From Promethearchaeia archaeon (lineage in GTDB: Archaea; Asgardarchaeota; Lokiarchaeia; Sigyniarchaeales; SOKP01), in contig JAHQWG010000051.1 in assembly GCA_029856045.1 (NCBI GenBank), positions 1 through 16,841 of the forward strand: DNA of 16,841 nt. Reading direction: 5' to 3'. Below the pieces are notes generated by a model. It was not told the origin of the DNA and ran no database searches. It saw only the letters and a list, made by a program, of their open reading frames with translations. Position numbers and translations under genes: made by a program. This document shows, one piece after another, positions 15,312 to 16,841 of this stretch (the stretch's first letter is position 1; each line of letters begins with the position of its first letter).

Positions 15312-16106
15312 ATGAAAAAAAACAATAAGGAACTTGATTTTGTCAAGGGAATATTAACAGATATAGATGGAACACTATATTTTAAAGGAGCCCCAATTCC
15401 AGGAGCAATAGAAACCGTCTCCAGACTTCGTGATGCTGGCATTAAACTTATTTTTTTAACGAATACAGACAGTAAATCACCACGAACAGTAATAAAAACC
15501 CTTCAAGAATATGGGTTTAATATTAAAGATGAAGAAGTTTTTACGCCCATTATTGCTTTAAAGGAATTTTTGTCAAATTTTCCCAATAAAAAATCTTATT
15601 TGGTGACTACAAAAGAAGTTGAAATGGAATTTCATGATATTACTCAGGTTAAAGGGTCTGAAAAAGCTGATTTTGTTATCATAAGTGATTTTCATGATGA
15701 TTGGAGTGTTGATCGGCTCAATGAAGCATTTAAATATGTATTAAAGGGTGCAAAACTTCTGGGAACACAGGGAAATCGATATTATCTTGATCGTAATGGT
15801 GAGCCGGTTATTGATACAGGTTCTTTCGTGCAAATGATCGCCAATGCAACCAATGTTACTCCAAGAATATTTGGGAAACCCTCGGCAGACTATTTCAATA
15901 ATGCTTTAAAAAAAATTAATCTTACTGCAAATAAAACTATTGTCATTGGTGATGACCTTGAATCTGATATCCAAGGAGCAAACAATGCTGGTATTAAAGG
16001 TGTGTTAGTAAAAACTGGGAAAAGCCAATCTATAACACCCTCAGAAATGTTAATAAAACCCTATAAGATCATTAATTCCTTTAGTTCTATTTTAGAATTT
16101 CTTTGA
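15312..16106 (+). CDS. HAD-IIA hydrolase, LHPP/HDHD2-like phosphatase
   Basis: Motif I DIDGTL, motif II LTN, motif III GKPS, motif IV IGDDLESDIQGA, and LVKTGK. Confidence 0.9.
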   Translation: MKKNNKELDFVKGILTDIDGTLYFKGAPIPGAIETVSRLRDAGIKLIFLTNTDSKSPRTVIKTLQEYGFNIKDEEVFTPIIALKEFLSNFPNKKSYLVTTKEVEMEFHDITQVKGSEKADFVIISDFHDDWSVDRLNEAFKYVLKGAKLLGTQGNRYYLDRNGEPVIDTGSFVQMIANATNVTPRIFGKPSADYFNNALKKINLTANKTIVIGDDLESDIQGANNAGIKGVLVKTGKSQSITPSEMLIKPYKIINSFSSILEFL

Positions 16107-16167
16107 AATTTATCTATCTCTCTTTTTATCAGATTATATTATATGTTATTGATTGAAAAATCAAATT

Positions 16168-16841
16168 CTAAAATTTTATTTTTCCTTCCTTTATTTTTTG
16201 ATATACAGAATTGTTGAGTGTCATATATTGCTTCTTCTTTGAATCCCAGAAAAAAAGTGGATCTTTAATTATTTCAATATTATATGCTTCTTTTCGGAGA
16301 TCTGTTTTTTTTATTTTTTCTGGTCCAGTAGTTTCAAGTTCATCACAAAACCTAAAAAATCTGGGGATAGAATAACTTGGTAATACTTCGACAACGAATC
16401 GAGAAAATTCATCAATTTCAAAATTAATTGACTGATTTAATTTGATAGCTGCCATGCCTGCCTTCCCTTCCATATTAGAAATTCCTACACCATAAACTGC
16501 AGACATATATATTGCTTTATAGGAGTTTAAAATTGCTTCAATCTCTAAAGTGGAAACATTTTCCCCTTTCCATCGAAATGCGTCTCCAAATCTATCAGCG
16601 AAAGATACCCAGAGATCTTCATGCAGCTTTAACATATCACTTGTATTGAAATACTTATCATTCTTTTTAAAAACGTTATGTAATATTCTCTTTTGAGTTT
16701 TTTCTATATCTTTGTATCCTGTAAAAAATGTTTTTTTATCTATTTTAATCAGAGCCATTCCAATATCTCCAAGTTTGCATTTTACACAAAAACCCCTTTC
16801 ATTTTTATAGAGTTCGCCTGTTTCTGGGTTAACTTTCGCTA
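16168..16841 (-). CDS. FATP/SLC27-like (very-)long-chain acyl-CoA synthetase, C-terminal part (starts beyond the right edge)
   Basis: The frame is open to the window end (AKVNPETGELYKNERGFCVKCKLGDIGMAL...). FATP hallmark F.DR.GD.FRWKGENVST.E, plus VYGV, EGKAGMA and LPSYSIPRF. Confidence 0.9.
   Translation of the reverse strand, partial: AKVNPETGELYKNERGFCVKCKLGDIGMALIKIDKKTFFTGYKDIEKTQKRILHNVFKKNDKYFNTSDMLKLHEDLWVSFADRFGDAFRWKGENVSTLEIEAILNSYKAIYMSAVYGVGISNMEGKAGMAAIKLNQSINFEIDEFSRFVVEVLPSYSIPRFFRFCDELETTGPEKIKKTDLRKEAYNIEIIKDPLFFWDSKKKQYMTLNNSVYQKIKEGKIKF

Noticed and set aside
4834-16106. TGA stops of eda, the YkgJ gene and the HAD gene as possible selenocysteine codons
   Set aside because: Each occurs at the expected family C-terminus rather than at a Cys-equivalent position, and no SECIS-like structure was recognised.
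1-16841. CRISPR arrays, tRNA/rRNA, IS elements, integrases or defence genes
   Set aside because: No regularly spaced direct repeats, GC-rich structured RNA segments, terminal inverted repeats or transposase/nuclease motifs were seen by eye. A covariance-model search was not possible.

Overview
AT-rich, gene-dense chromosomal window that looks archaeal, most likely Asgard/Lokiarchaeia-like. This is an inference from BRE/TATA-type promoters (AAAAG-N-TTTAATA), GGTG/AGGTG ribosome-binding sites, a stand-alone SCP2 protein, a FATP-like ligase and an Ig-repeat surface protein ending in a TM helix plus zinc ribbon. The left part (1-6578, minus strand) is a catabolic gene string: a tight kdgK-eda-DUF849/BKACE-SDR(BDH2-like) operon, then a NIPA-like DMT transporter, SCP2, an atypical M24 hydrolase and a Gfo/Idh/MocA oxidoreductase cut by the window edge. 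The middle holds a YkgJ Cys-cluster protein, a YhhN-like membrane protein, a DUF523 gene relic, a large single-pass surface protein that probably starts at a non-canonical ATT, and a tandem pair of paralogous 8-Cys microproteins (one missing from the ORF track) behind a TATA box and a perfect palindrome. The right part holds an iron-sulfur flavoprotein, a membrane-anchored penicillin-acylase-family Ntn hydrolase with a coupled small membrane protein, a HAD-IIA phosphatase and the C-terminal part of a FATP-type acyl-CoA synthetase. No rRNA, tRNA, CRISPR array or mobile element was recognised. All family calls come from motif recognition by eye, not from database searches.
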